Shown here: positions 1 through 8,055 of the stretch, in pieces
Numbering within the stretch: position 1 is the first letter of the stretch
How the letters are laid out: each line of letters opens with the position of its first letter
From: a virus
Taxonomy: Duplodnaviria > Heunggongvirae > Uroviricota > Caudoviricetes
Reading direction: 5' to 3' (one strand)
Length of the DNA stretch: 24,197 nt
Virus record (IMG/VR): IMGVR_UViG_2619619133_000006
Location: 1-24,197 of that record
Notes under the pieces: model-generated
The model's database searches: none
Seen by the model: only the letters and a program-made list of their open reading frames with translations
What the model was told of the DNA's origin: nothing
Translations under genes and position numbers: made by a program

Positions 1-291
1 TCTCATTGCAGCCCCACGAATAGCATCGACCCCGATCAGCCCAACGCCGCCACCAATGGCAACAGAAAGAGATTTAGGCCATCCGACATACTCAAGAGCG
101 GATGCAAAAGTCAGCGTCAGAGCACCACAGAGCAAAATCTCGAGCGTTTTTCGTTTCCAGCCACCACCACCGCCAAAATAGGCAATGCGCAAGCCAGCCA
201 TAACGATCGACATAATCACTGCGCCCAGCGGTGTGTCTCCACGCCACCAGCTCTGGACCAACTCCAGCCAGGTATTTGGGTTATGAGGCAT
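1..291 (-). CDS. Holin, lambda S family (N-terminal 97 codons; 3' end beyond window start)
   Basis: Minus-strand ATG at 291-289; translation MPHNPNTWLELVQSWWRGDTPLGAVIMSIVMAGLRIAYFGGGGGWKRKTLEILLCGALTLTF... aligns in pattern with lambda S / P22 gp13 ([33 protein letters not shown]) as recalled. Hydrophobic segments; lies downstream of Q. Not in the ORF track because it runs off the edge. Confidence 0.55.
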   Translation of the reverse strand, partial: MPHNPNTWLELVQSWWRGDTPLGAVIMSIVMAGLRIAYFGGGGGWKRKTLEILLCGALTLTFASALEYVGWPKSLSVAIGGGVGLIGVDAIRGAAMR

Positions 292-745
292 TTGTAGTTA
301 TCTCTCACCTCGCCGATACAGGAGGTGCAAATTGAGGGAGTACCACGAACCGCAAACCAGAAGCGGAAACGTAAAAGAAGCCGAGCCAATGGATAAGTGC
401 TAGATAGACCAAGCCCAACGAATACCAAGGCCCAGAAATGACAAAACCCGCTCGACGGCAGGTTTAAGCTGTGTGGCGAAGTAACCACTCTTAACAGATT
501 ACACGATAAAATGCGGACCGCGTGAGGAAAACTATGGTTTTTTTGAAGCGAATGAGTAAAATCAACGCCACTTTGCACATAAGTTATCCACACTGTACGT
601 TTGCAAAATCTCATTGCTCTCTTTGAGTTTTGTAAATGCGCTAATTTTTGGACTTTTTTTGCCGATAGAATCTAACCACTTGTGTGGTAAGTTCTGAATG
701 AATGTTACCTCTTGGTTTGAAAATTCTTAACATAAGGACATCTGA

Positions 746-1741
746 ATGTTTGAGCAGCGTAAAGCCCTGTATGCGCAACTGGAACAAGCACGCAATTCAA
801 AAGTATTATGCTATGTAACAGGTGATAGACCAAACCAAGAAGCTCAAATCAGCGCTGATGTATTCGATCTGTTCGTCAATCATCTTGATGTGATAGGTGA
901 TGTTCAAAAAATTAGCCTCGTGCTCTATACGCGAGGCGGCGACACTTTAACAGCATGGAGCCTTGTAAACCTGCTTCGTCAGTTTTGTAAAGAACTCGAA
1001 ATCATAATCCCATCAAAATGCCATAGTTCTGGGACGATAATGTGCCTTGGCGCGAACAACTTGGTTATGACCAAGCAGGCAACCTTAGGGCCAATCGATC
1101 CAAGTGTGAATACACCACTTAACCCTTCGGCCATAATCAATGGGCAGCCACTTCAACTTCCAGTCAGTGTTGAAGAAATCAATGGCTATCTTGAAGTAGT
1201 TAAGCATGATTTGAGTATCAAAGATGATGCCTCACTTGCACAGATCCTCCTTGCATTAAGTGAAAAGGTTCATCCCTTGGTACTTGGAAAAGTCTATCGA
1301 GCTAAAGCGCAGATTCAAATGCTCGCAAGAAAACTACTGTCTCACCAACTCACTGATAGTGAAAGCATTGAGAAAATTGTAAGTTTCCTTTGTAGTGATT
1401 CTGGTAGCCATGACTACACTATAAATAGGATTGAAGCGGTAAACGATTTAGGTCTTACGGTGGAAAAACCAGATGAGCACCTTTACGGTCTGATCAAAGA
1501 AATTTATGAAGATTTCAAAACTGAGATGCATCTGGGTGAACCTTTTGACCCAAATGCTATCTTAGGAACAGTTAACCAGGCATCGTACGTATCTGTCAGA
1601 AGCATTTTAGAGGCTCCAGACACGTTTTCATATCAATTCCGCACTGAGGGGATGTTACAGCGTTTTCAAGTTCCAGGCGTCCCAGGTCAGTTCGGCATAA
1701 ATCATAACCTTATCTCAGAGGGGTGGGCTCGACATGGATAA
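746..1741 (+). CDS. SDH-family (serine dehydrogenase proteinase-like, ClpP/crotonase-fold) serine peptidase; accessory (moron) gene
   Basis: 331-aa ORF with AAGGA RBS 6 nt upstream. Motifs VLCYVTGDRPN, LVLYTRGGDTLTAW, HSSGTIMCLGA, LGPIDP match the SDH family as I recall it. Opposite strand to the flanking Q and holin genes, with non-coding flanks. Confidence 0.6.
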   Translation: MFEQRKALYAQLEQARNSKVLCYVTGDRPNQEAQISADVFDLFVNHLDVIGDVQKISLVLYTRGGDTLTAWSLVNLLRQFCKELEIIIPSKCHSSGTIMCLGANNLVMTKQATLGPIDPSVNTPLNPSAIINGQPLQLPVSVEEINGYLEVVKHDLSIKDDASLAQILLALSEKVHPLVLGKVYRAKAQIQMLARKLLSHQLTDSESIEKIVSFLCSDSGSHDYTINRIEAVNDLGLTVEKPDEHLYGLIKEIYEDFKTEMHLGEPFDPNAILGTVNQASYVSVRSILEAPDTFSYQFRTEGMLQRFQVPGVPGQFGINHNLISEGWARHG

Positions 1742-1910
1742 CAAATCATCTACAGGTAACTTTGTAGTCTATACTAACAGGCATACAACTACAGCTGCGC
1801 CTAAGCCAGCAAGCATTCCATCCACTGCTCAAAAAACAAGCAACAATGGCGTCAATGGCTACAGTAACTTTTTAAGTTGCACCACAGGTTCAGTCATAAA
1901 AAACAGTTTC

Positions 1911-1942
1911 TAAAAACAACGGCTCTCTAAGAGCCGTTGTTG
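1911..1942 (-). terminator. Intrinsic terminator hairpin immediately downstream of Q (possibly bidirectional)
   Basis: 10-bp perfect stem caacggctct / agagccgttg (1917-1926, 1930-1939), loop cta; on the minus strand followed by TTTTTAGAAACTGTTTTTT. Confidence 0.5.
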
Positions 1943-1945
1943 TAT

Positions 1946-2323
1946 CTATTCACATTCTAAACGTATATCGAGCATACTAAGGCAACCATCGATAAATCCC
2001 TCAGCCATCTGTATCTCAATGCGTATTAGTTTCTCATCCTTTTTACTAGCCTTGGCGAGCTTTCTTTTAGAGATACCGTATAGGTAATGGGCAACAAGAA
2101 GCGAATGTTCGTCCGGCCTTTTTTGCTTTAGACGAGCAAGACAACCTTCAATAATTAATGCATCACTATCTGAACAAGCCTGACGTGTTTTACTTGTATA
2201 GGGAAGAAGCCCTTTAAACCCAGCAGCTATAGGCGAATAATCTACTCCAGAACTATCACTCGCCGCCCATGCTCCCCAACGCTCCAGAACCATCTGAATA
2301 TCACGCATCAACTTTCTCCACAA
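1946..2323 (-). CDS. Late-gene antitermination protein Q-like (phage 82 / QuuD-type)
   Basis: 125-aa ORF; MRDIQMVLERWGAWAA... N-terminus and size recalled as typical of small Q antiterminators; canonical position upstream of the lysis genes. Confidence 0.55.
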   Translation of the reverse strand: MWRKLMRDIQMVLERWGAWAASDSSGVDYSPIAAGFKGLLPYTSKTRQACSDSDALIIEGCLARLKQKRPDEHSLLVAHYLYGISKRKLAKASKKDEKLIRIEIQMAEGFIDGCLSMLDIRLECE

Positions 2324-2325
2324 AA

Positions 2326-3321
2326 TCAGGCCAGCACACCAATCGCCAGCGCACGATCGATAAAACGAAATATCAGCTCCAGCTGGGAGCCATACTTCTC
2401 TTCAAATGCCACGGTATCCGCATGCAGCTCGTCGTGATGCTTTCTGCACAAAGGCAACACAAAAAGGTCATGCGCTTTTGTACCCATTCCACCCTGACCG
2501 TGGCCTATCAGGTGGTGGGGATCATCAGCGGGCTTTCCACAACATGCACACGGCTGCGTCTTAACCCAGCGCGTGTACTTTTCATTAACCCAGCGGCGAC
2601 GTTTTGGGCGTAACATAAAAGACTCCGGCGACTCCGGCTCCACTTTCAGCGCCAGCACCTTTTTCGCTTTATCCTGGATGATGCTGGTGGCAGGAACCGA
2701 AGGAACAAGATCACTTTCCCGGGTGACAGACGGCACAACAGGCTTCGGTAATCTCAGTGCCTTACGGGCTGCACTTTCCGGTAAGGCATCCGCCAGGTCA
2801 TTACGAACCAGCCACCAGCACAGTTCCGGCATTGTCACAACGTGACTGTCATCAAAACCGAGATCCCGACGCACGACAGACAACACCCAGCTGGCACAGT
2901 TATCCGTTGCCATTGATTCCAGCCGTTCCGTGAACTGATCGCGCAGCTGGTTATCGCAGTGCCAGCACAGACGGATTGCGCCCGGAGCGTGTCGCATTGT
3001 GGTCATGTTCTCGCTGTGCCAGTCGGAATGAGGCCACTGGCAGCCTTTTTCACGAAGTAACCAGCTTTCAAGACATTCCACGCCACCAGCACGACGGATC
3101 ACCGCCTCATTGCGGAACACAGCCCGAACGGCAGGATCATCCGCCAGTGGTTGTAATGCCGCCGGAACGGCACCACTGGAAAAAGATGAATAATGTTCCG
3201 GCTCAGGCTCCAGCAGGACACGCCCCTGCATAAACAGGGGCATCAGCTCTGAACCGGGTCTGAACAATACGATCCCCATACGCGGGGCAATTTCAGGGGT
3301 CAGTAGCGCTCTCACGGTCAC
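2326..3321 (-). CDS. DUF968-family prophage protein with C-terminal Cys/His cluster
   Basis: 331-aa ORF tightly packed between KilA-N and Q. C-terminus CACCGKPADDPHHLIGHGQGG...LCRKHHDELH suggests a zinc-binding HNH-like motif. Family assignment from memory. Confidence 0.5.
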   Translation of the reverse strand: MTVRALLTPEIAPRMGIVLFRPGSELMPLFMQGRVLLEPEPEHYSSFSSGAVPAALQPLADDPAVRAVFRNEAVIRRAGGVECLESWLLREKGCQWPHSDWHSENMTTMRHAPGAIRLCWHCDNQLRDQFTERLESMATDNCASWVLSVVRRDLGFDDSHVVTMPELCWWLVRNDLADALPESAARKALRLPKPVVPSVTRESDLVPSVPATSIIQDKAKKVLALKVEPESPESFMLRPKRRRWVNEKYTRWVKTQPCACCGKPADDPHHLIGHGQGGMGTKAHDLFVLPLCRKHHDELHADTVAFEEKYGSQLELIFRFIDRALAIGVLA

Positions 3322-3322
3322 C

Positions 3323-4126
3323 TCAATGAACGGTATCGAGCAGCTTTAACAGCTCAGGGAATCGGGATTCGAAGAAATGCGGCTGCGTCTCACGCGGATT
3401 TGCAGGACTGGTGATGTTCTTGCCGAACATGCAGCCTTTCGCCGTCAGCGACCAGAATTTTTTAATGTTGTTAATTGCGGTACGGCTGTATCGTTCGCGT
3501 TGTTCAACGATCCCCAGCTTCGCCATCTGGTGATATGCCTGATTAGCCGTCAGGCGGATACCATACTGCTTCAGCAGTGCACTCAGCGCCAGCGTCGGGC
3601 GGCTTGAGCCATCAGGCGCGTCAGCAGGAGCATCAATGGCATAGCGCGGTGCCAGATTCGGTAAGCCAACAGCCTCCTGGAGTTTCTGACAGGCACCAAG
3701 CACAGATGAGTTAGACAGGTTTAACTCCCGACGCATAAAGTCCAGCAGAATCACACCAGCCTGCATCTTGTCAGCAGCCTGCCCGGATAATTTTTCCGGT
3801 GCGCTGGTTACCATATCGAAAGTACGGATCACCTTCAGATGGAATGACGGGCTGATACACATTGCATAGGCATACACCAGTTCTTTGCAGACATACGTCC
3901 CCTGGTTATTTCCGCCACGAATAACGTTAACTGGCTCTATATTGACATTGACCGAGTTGCAAATCTGCAACTCGCTTATTAAACGTTCAGTTTGCTCATT
4001 GCGGAGCCAGAATGCAGGCTTATGCTTATCCAGAGAACCGGCAGCCCTGTGCAGATCGTTCAGGCTGTAACGCCCATAAGCATCACGACGAACTTCAATA
4101 CCATCAATAACCATCAGATTATTCAT
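3323..4126 (-). CDS. KilA-N domain protein (Roi/antirepressor-like)
   Basis: 267-aa ORF; N-terminus MNNLMVIDGIEVRRDAYGRYSLNDLHRAAGSLDKHKPAFWLRNEQTERLI fits the KilA-N/Bro-N signature. Confidence 0.55.
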   Translation of the reverse strand: MNNLMVIDGIEVRRDAYGRYSLNDLHRAAGSLDKHKPAFWLRNEQTERLISELQICNSVNVNIEPVNVIRGGNNQGTYVCKELVYAYAMCISPSFHLKVIRTFDMVTSAPEKLSGQAADKMQAGVILLDFMRRELNLSNSSVLGACQKLQEAVGLPNLAPRYAIDAPADAPDGSSRPTLALSALLKQYGIRLTANQAYHQMAKLGIVEQRERYSRTAINNIKKFWSLTAKGCMFGKNITSPANPRETQPHFFESRFPELLKLLDTVH

Positions 4127-4145
4127 ACTTCGTTTCTCCTCTTAA

Positions 4146-4330
4146 TCAGGCGGCTGCACCCGCCGGTTTCTCGTACTTACTGATAGTGATCTCGACCTTC
4201 CCTTCCGGGATAACCGGTCCCCACTCCACCAGCATTCTTTTCACCTGACTGTCGTCTTCCCACACACCCGCGTGGGTCAGGGCGTCAAACAGCGCCTTGT
4301 TATAGTTGTCCAGATCGCGGATCCGGTTAC
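4146..4330 (-). pseudogene. rusA: RusA-like Holliday-junction resolvase remnant (C-terminal part only, no start codon)
   Basis: Minus-strand frame translates to ..NRIRDLDNYNKALFDALTHAGVWEDDSQVKRMLVEWGPVIPEGKVEITISKYEKPAGAAA*, matching the RusA C-terminal half ([25 protein letters not shown]) as recalled. Frame is closed by TGA at 4370-4368; neither other frame encodes a RusA N-terminus. Confidence 0.5.
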
Positions 4331-4944
4331 AGGGCGATGATTTTTTTCCAGAGCCACTGTGCGCAGGTCAAATCATCCTGCGTTCCCCACTGGCGCTTTT
4401 TAGGGCTGAATACAACCGCATCAGGATGGCGAGTTAAAAAATCCTGTTCATCCGTCTGCGTGTCCGGTTGCGAAGCGTCCGGACGAGAAGTTTTTTTATC
4501 TGACGGATCATGTTTTGATTTTACTGACGGATCCCCGCCAGATTCTGACGGGTGAAAACCCGCTTTTTTGCCAGATTTCGACGCATCAAATTTTGACGGG
4601 TCAGATTTTGATGCGTCAGATTTTGACGGGTCAGAATCTGACAGTTGAGAAAATGCCGCTGCCTGAAGCTTCGCAACGTTAAGCTGATAAACATTCGACG
4701 CATTGCGGTTACCCTGGCGACGCGCCTTACGCGTTAACCAGCCTTCTGCTTCCAGCCGTGCGATAGCCGTTCTGACGGTACTCATCCCCGCGCCAATCTG
4801 GCGGGCAATGGTTTCAATTGATGGCCAGCACACACCTTCGTCATTACTGAAATCAGCCAGGCGGGCCATAACTGCCACGCTGGATAATTTCATGCCTGAT
4901 GCAGCGCAACCATCCCATACATAGCCGGTTAATTTAGTGCTCAT
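4327..4944 (-). CDS. Replication initiator-like protein (N-terminal winged HTH, repeat-rich linker), possibly C-terminally truncated
   Basis: 205-aa ORF; N-terminus VAVMARLADFSNDEGVCWPSIETIARQIGAGMSTVRTAIARLEAEGWL resembles the HTH of phage O-type initiators; central DPSKSDASKSDPSKFDASKS repeats; no helicase-loader gene follows. Confidence 0.5.
   Translation of the reverse strand: MSTKLTGYVWDGCAASGMKLSSVAVMARLADFSNDEGVCWPSIETIARQIGAGMSTVRTAIARLEAEGWLTRKARRQGNRNASNVYQLNVAKLQAAAFSQLSDSDPSKSDASKSDPSKFDASKSGKKAGFHPSESGGDPSVKSKHDPSDKKTSRPDASQPDTQTDEQDFLTRHPDAVVFSPKKRQWGTQDDLTCAQWLWKKIIAL
4498..4644. repeat. About 7 tandem 15-bp repeats (consensus GATTTTGACGGGTCA) inside the replication gene; candidate origin iterons
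   Basis: Copies at about 4517, 4541, 4575, 4589, 4604, 4619, 4634. Period 15 bp (5 codons), so also a peptide repeat. Confidence 0.6.
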
Positions 4945-5155
4945 GACCGACCTCTATTTCCCTGAATTTACGACGAAACTGTTCGAGCGGGCTGAAGCAC
5001 TCATGCTCATAGCCTTCGCGGAGGTAGATAACCCGTTGTGTTTCCGGCTCCCAACGAATGACTCTGACGGGCACTCCGTAGTGATCTTTGAACCAGCGGT
5101 TAACTTGTCGCAAAGGACTGTCTCCTTCTGCCGGTTGAAATCCCCCACAGCCCAC
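4934..5155 (-). CDS. Alternative/overlapping ORF, 73 aa, protein-like
   Basis: [51 protein letters not shown] looks like a folded domain; its stop overlaps the start of the replication gene. May be the C-terminal part of a frameshifted gene with 4954-5292. Confidence 0.3.
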   Translation of the reverse strand: MGCGGFQPAEGDSPLRQVNRWFKDHYGVPVRVIRWEPETQRVIYLREGYEHECFSPLEQFRRKFREIEVGHEH

Positions 5156-5292
5156 TCTGCAAAGCTGTGGGTTACAATTTCCCTGTCACCTGGTACATTC
5201 ACTGCATAGCAATACTCCACCTTCGCTTTTCCACCCGGTACAGGAAGCGCAATCAGTTGCGAGCGACGGTAGTGTGTTGTTAAACTGTTCAT
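4954..5292 (-). CDS. Hypothetical early-region protein (overlaps an alternative frame; possibly frameshifted)
   Basis: Start ATG overlaps the upstream stop as ATGA (5292-5289), suggesting coupling. The N-terminal half looks protein-like; the C-terminal half is low-complexity. Confidence 0.3.
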   Translation of the reverse strand: MNSLTTHYRRSQLIALPVPGGKAKVEYCYAVNVPGDREIVTHSFAEWAVGDFNRQKETVLCDKLTAGSKITTECPSESFVGSRKHNGLSTSAKAMSMSASARSNSFVVNSGK

Positions 5293-5840
5293 GCGTTAGT
5301 TTCTCCACAGTCACGACACGCCACGGCGCCCGGAGCTGCACACTCGCGGGCGTCATTACTTTCTGAAATGCAAAAAATTTTGTAGACCAGTGCTGCATGC
5401 TCCTGCAGCTTCGAAATTGAGAGGTACAGCTCATCGTTAATTGCTGTCTTCTCATGCGGTTCCACTACACCGTCTTCAATTGCTGAACGAATCTGTTTTG
5501 AATAACTGCCGATCTGTTCAATGACTTCCAGCAGACGTTGGTTGATATCGGCGTTGTCCACATCCTCGACATCAGGAAGAGACACAAAGACGCCATTTGC
5601 AGACTGCGCCACAGCGTCAGCAATGAAGTGAGTTCCACCAGCACGTTGTAAAATCATTGCCCATCCCAGCGGGAAAATTTGATCGCCATCGGCACGAAGG
5701 CGATTAAATAATGCGTTCTCTGTTACATCCAGCCAGTCAGCTGCTTCAGCGTAACCCCCCGGCAACGCTGCGATAGTTTTTCTGACAGCTTTCACGTACC
5801 ACTCAGGCTGTTTTTCTACTTTCCAGTGATGCTTACCCAC
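5289..5840 (-). CDS. Hypothetical early regulatory protein (in the CII/YdaT position)
   Basis: 183-aa ORF directly downstream of the Cro-like gene with an overlapping start. Assignment by position only. Confidence 0.4.
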   Translation of the reverse strand: MGKHHWKVEKQPEWYVKAVRKTIAALPGGYAEAADWLDVTENALFNRLRADGDQIFPLGWAMILQRAGGTHFIADAVAQSANGVFVSLPDVEDVDNADINQRLLEVIEQIGSYSKQIRSAIEDGVVEPHEKTAINDELYLSISKLQEHAALVYKIFCISESNDARECAAPGAVACRDCGETNA

Positions 5841-6093
5841 GGTTCACCTCCTGTTCCTGTGGTTTAAACCCATTCTGGTTTTGGCTAGATTGAAAACGTG
5901 CCGGATAAAGAATCTGCATTTCGCTGACTTCACCCTTAAAAAAATTGGCTAAACGTTCTGCAAGCTCGATAGATGGAATCTGCTCCAGCCTCTCAATACG
6001 ACTCAACGTCGCTGGATTGACTTGAACACCCGCAGCAACATGCTGCAAAGTGAAACCATGCGCCTTACGCACATTTCGTAATGGTGATTGCAT
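5833..6093 (-). CDS. Cro-like HTH (XRE-family) regulator
   Basis: 86-aa ORF divergent from the repressor gene; HTH segment HGFTLQHVAAGVQVNPATLSRIERLEQIPSIELAERLANFF; GGAGGG RBS upstream. Confidence 0.6.
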   Translation of the reverse strand: MQSPLRNVRKAHGFTLQHVAAGVQVNPATLSRIERLEQIPSIELAERLANFFKGEVSEMQILYPARFQSSQNQNGFKPQEQEVNRG

Positions 6094-6107
6094 ACGCCCT
6101 CCAAATA

Positions 6108-6170
6108 TTGCGCGTTATGCATGTTATTTCACGCAATTATTTTGCGCAAGTTGATTTGCTTATCACGCAA
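6108..6170. promoter_or_regulatory. Right operator region (OR-like) between cro-like and cI-like genes
   Basis: TTGC-N7-GCAA at 6156-6170 (perfect), TTGC-N7-GCAT at 6108-6122, palindrome TTGCGCAA at 6142-6149; lies in the 97-bp divergent intergenic region. Confidence 0.45.
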
Positions 6171-6190
6171 TAAAGAAATGTAATAAACGC

Positions 6191-6883
6191 ATGAACATAG
6201 GAAACCGAGTCAGACAACTTCGCCAAGCGAAGAACATGAAAATCGCCGATCTCGCTGAAGCAATAGGAGTAGATGCGGCGAACATCTCGCGCTTAGAAAC
6301 GGGTAAGCAAAAACAATTTACCGAACAAACACTGAGTAATATTGCCAAGAGCTTAGGTGTTGATATTGCTGATCTCTTTACCTCTGCCCACAAAAGTAAT
6401 ACTGTATATAAAAACAGTAATGATGAGGATGTTGCGCAGGTGAAGGATGTGTTCCGTATTGAAATGCTGGATATCAGTGCCAGTGCGGGAAATGGCCTTA
6501 TCCAGGGCGGTGATGTCATTGATGTGATTCATGCCATCGAATACAGAACTGATAATGCTGTATCAATGTTCGGCGGACGACCAGCCAATCACATCAAAGT
6601 TATCAACGTTCGTGGGGACAGTATGTGTCCAACCATTGAGCCAGGAGATCTCATCTTCGTTGATGTCAGCATCAATCAGTTTGATGGTGATGGTATATAT
6701 GTCTTTGGTTTTGATGACAAAATATACGTTAAAAGACTTCAAATGATTCCTGACAAACTGCTGGTGATTTCTGATAACCAGATTTACCGTGAATGGGGAA
6801 TTACTAGCGAAAACGAACACCGATTCATGGTCTTTGGAAAGGTCTTAATCAGTCAGTCGCAAACCCTTAAGAGACATAATTAA
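6191..6883 (+). CDS. CI-like prophage repressor (N-terminal XRE HTH plus C-terminal S24 LexA-like autopeptidase)
   Basis: 230-aa ORF; HTH IADLAEAIGVDAANISRLETGKQ; S24 motifs GDSMCPTIEPGDLIFVD and IYVKRL (Ser/Lys dyad); divergent from the cro-like gene. Confidence 0.8.
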   Translation: MNIGNRVRQLRQAKNMKIADLAEAIGVDAANISRLETGKQKQFTEQTLSNIAKSLGVDIADLFTSAHKSNTVYKNSNDEDVAQVKDVFRIEMLDISASAGNGLIQGGDVIDVIHAIEYRTDNAVSMFGGRPANHIKVINVRGDSMCPTIEPGDLIFVDVSINQFDGDGIYVFGFDDKIYVKRLQMIPDKLLVISDNQIYREWGITSENEHRFMVFGKVLISQSQTLKRHN

Positions 6884-6901
6884 CCTCAATATCCTTCCAT
6901 C

Positions 6902-6923
6902 GGCCACCGAAAGGTGGCTTTTT
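6902..6923 (+). terminator. Intrinsic terminator after the repressor gene
   Basis: Stem ggccacc / ggtggc with GAAA loop, followed by TTTTT. Confidence 0.6.
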
Positions 6924-6936
6924 ATTACCTATCAAT

Positions 6937-6973
6937 TTGCATATTCCGCAAATATCACTTGCATATCTCGCAA
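6937..6973. promoter_or_regulatory. Left operator region (OL-like): two TTGC-N7-GCAA sites
   Basis: Perfect TTGC-N7-GCAA at 6937-6951 and 6959-6973, centres 22 bp apart; same core as the OR sites. Confidence 0.45.
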
Positions 6974-7159
6974 TTTAATTTTATCTTTTGTTCCAGACCA
7001 ACTACAGGATTACAACAAAATCTGGTTGCAACACGGTGCATGTGTCGTAAGCAGTCAGTAAATGTCAAAAACGAACAGGCAGGACGCCCACGAAGTAGCC
7101 GCCTGGGGCATATGAAGTCCAGGATGATTCGTTGAGTCATGTTGTGCCACTAGGCACTC

Positions 7160-7456
7160 ATGTTAAAGCAGGTGTATGAAATGAAAGTCCAGATTTTAAA
7201 CAATAACTGTGAAGTCGTTTGGTCATACGACATAGCCGCCCCTGTAGATCAGAGCGGCGATAGCTGGACCAATGGGAAACATCAGATTATGGCTGGAGTT
7301 GTGTTCTCTTTACGCCGTGCTTTGGAACAGGCTGAAGTATTTCCATCAGACCCTGAATGGAAATGGCCTTTTTCTATTTGTCCAAATTCGGAGAGTACAT
7401 TTCAGAAAATTGGTCAGAAAGTCGCACTCGAAGAGCATCAGCCAACTGTTTCCTGA
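7160..7456 (+). CDS. Hypothetical protein (early-left region)
   Basis: 98-aa ORF downstream of the putative OL/pL; no recognisable motif. Confidence 0.3.
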   Translation: MLKQVYEMKVQILNNNCEVVWSYDIAAPVDQSGDSWTNGKHQIMAGVVFSLRRALEQAEVFPSDPEWKWPFSICPNSESTFQKIGQKVALEEHQPTVS

Positions 7457-7873
7457 TTTTTTCAGGTAACTCGTCGGCATCGCAGAAACAACAACGCTCG
7501 ATCATGTTGAAAGCCGATTCGTAGAACTGTTTCTGCTGAGTGTCGCTGAGACAGGAAAAGAGCGACGTTACGATGATTTTATTAATGCATTATCAAGTTC
7601 TTTTTCATCAAAAGTCATTTGATTTTCCTTTTATGTATACGGGCTTAAAAGGATACCACCGAGCCTGAAGTGGTGAAAAGACAGGCACATAACAGCTAAG
7701 TATTTTCAACCAAAGAGAATCCTTAGCGTTGTGGTGAATGCGGCTCAGCGCACGCGGGTTAAGGTTGAGGCTGACAGTCGACCTTCTGTAGATACCCACC
7801 CGCCTGGTGTGCAACCTTCGCCAGGCACCGGGAGGCACCCGGCACCACAACTTTATGCTGTGTGTAGTCCTGG

Positions 7874-7919
7874 CGGTACCAGTTTGTACCCTTGCTTCCG
7901 GCTGGTACCGTTCTTTTTA
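7874..7919 (+). terminator. Terminator-like hairpin (9-bp stem, large loop) followed by TTCTTTTT
   Basis: cggtaccag (7874-7882) pairs with ctggtaccg (7902-7910), then a T-rich run. The 19-nt loop makes this uncertain. Confidence 0.3.
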
Positions 7920-8007
7920 CAAAACAGAGAAGAGCATCACCGGACGACGGGCTCATAAACCAATCCATCCGGGCGGCTGCCACCGCAGGTGTTCTTCTCT
8001 GTTTTGT
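7919..8007. repeat. Long inverted repeat (15-bp perfect arms, 55-nt spacer) just upstream of the yfdP-like gene
   Basis: acaaaacagagaaga (7919-7933) is the exact reverse complement of tcttctctgttttgt (7993-8007). Confidence 0.6.
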
Positions 8008-8055
8008 GGAGAAACTAATCGGCCTTGCAGGGTCGATATGATGAGGAGCAGCAAA

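Noticed and set aside
216-614. 132-aa minus-strand ORF overlapping the holin start and upstream region
   Set aside because: It overlaps the holin gene in another frame and the translation is Cys/Trp/Arg-rich and not protein-like.
2269-3233. Plus-strand ORFs (2269-2613, 2573-2845, 2976-3233) inside the DUF968 gene
   Set aside because: They are antisense shadows of a well-supported minus-strand gene, with low-complexity Arg/Ser/Thr-rich translations.
4327-4370. Programmed +1 frameshift at the A7 run fusing the replication protein to RusA
   Set aside because: A +1 programmed shift is rare and the fusion would be functionally odd. A deletion scar or homopolymer indel is more parsimonious; it is kept as a check in the findings.
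7919-8007. Retron msr/msd-like inverted repeat
   Set aside because: No reverse transcriptase gene is adjacent; the next gene is yfdP-like. I kept it as a structured regulatory element only.
7807-8055. Upstream 83 codons of the track ORF 7807-8418
   Set aside because: The translation (MCNLRQAPGG...CHRRCSS) is not protein-like and runs through the GC-rich inverted-repeat region. An ATG with AGGAG RBS at 8056 gives a 120-aa product.
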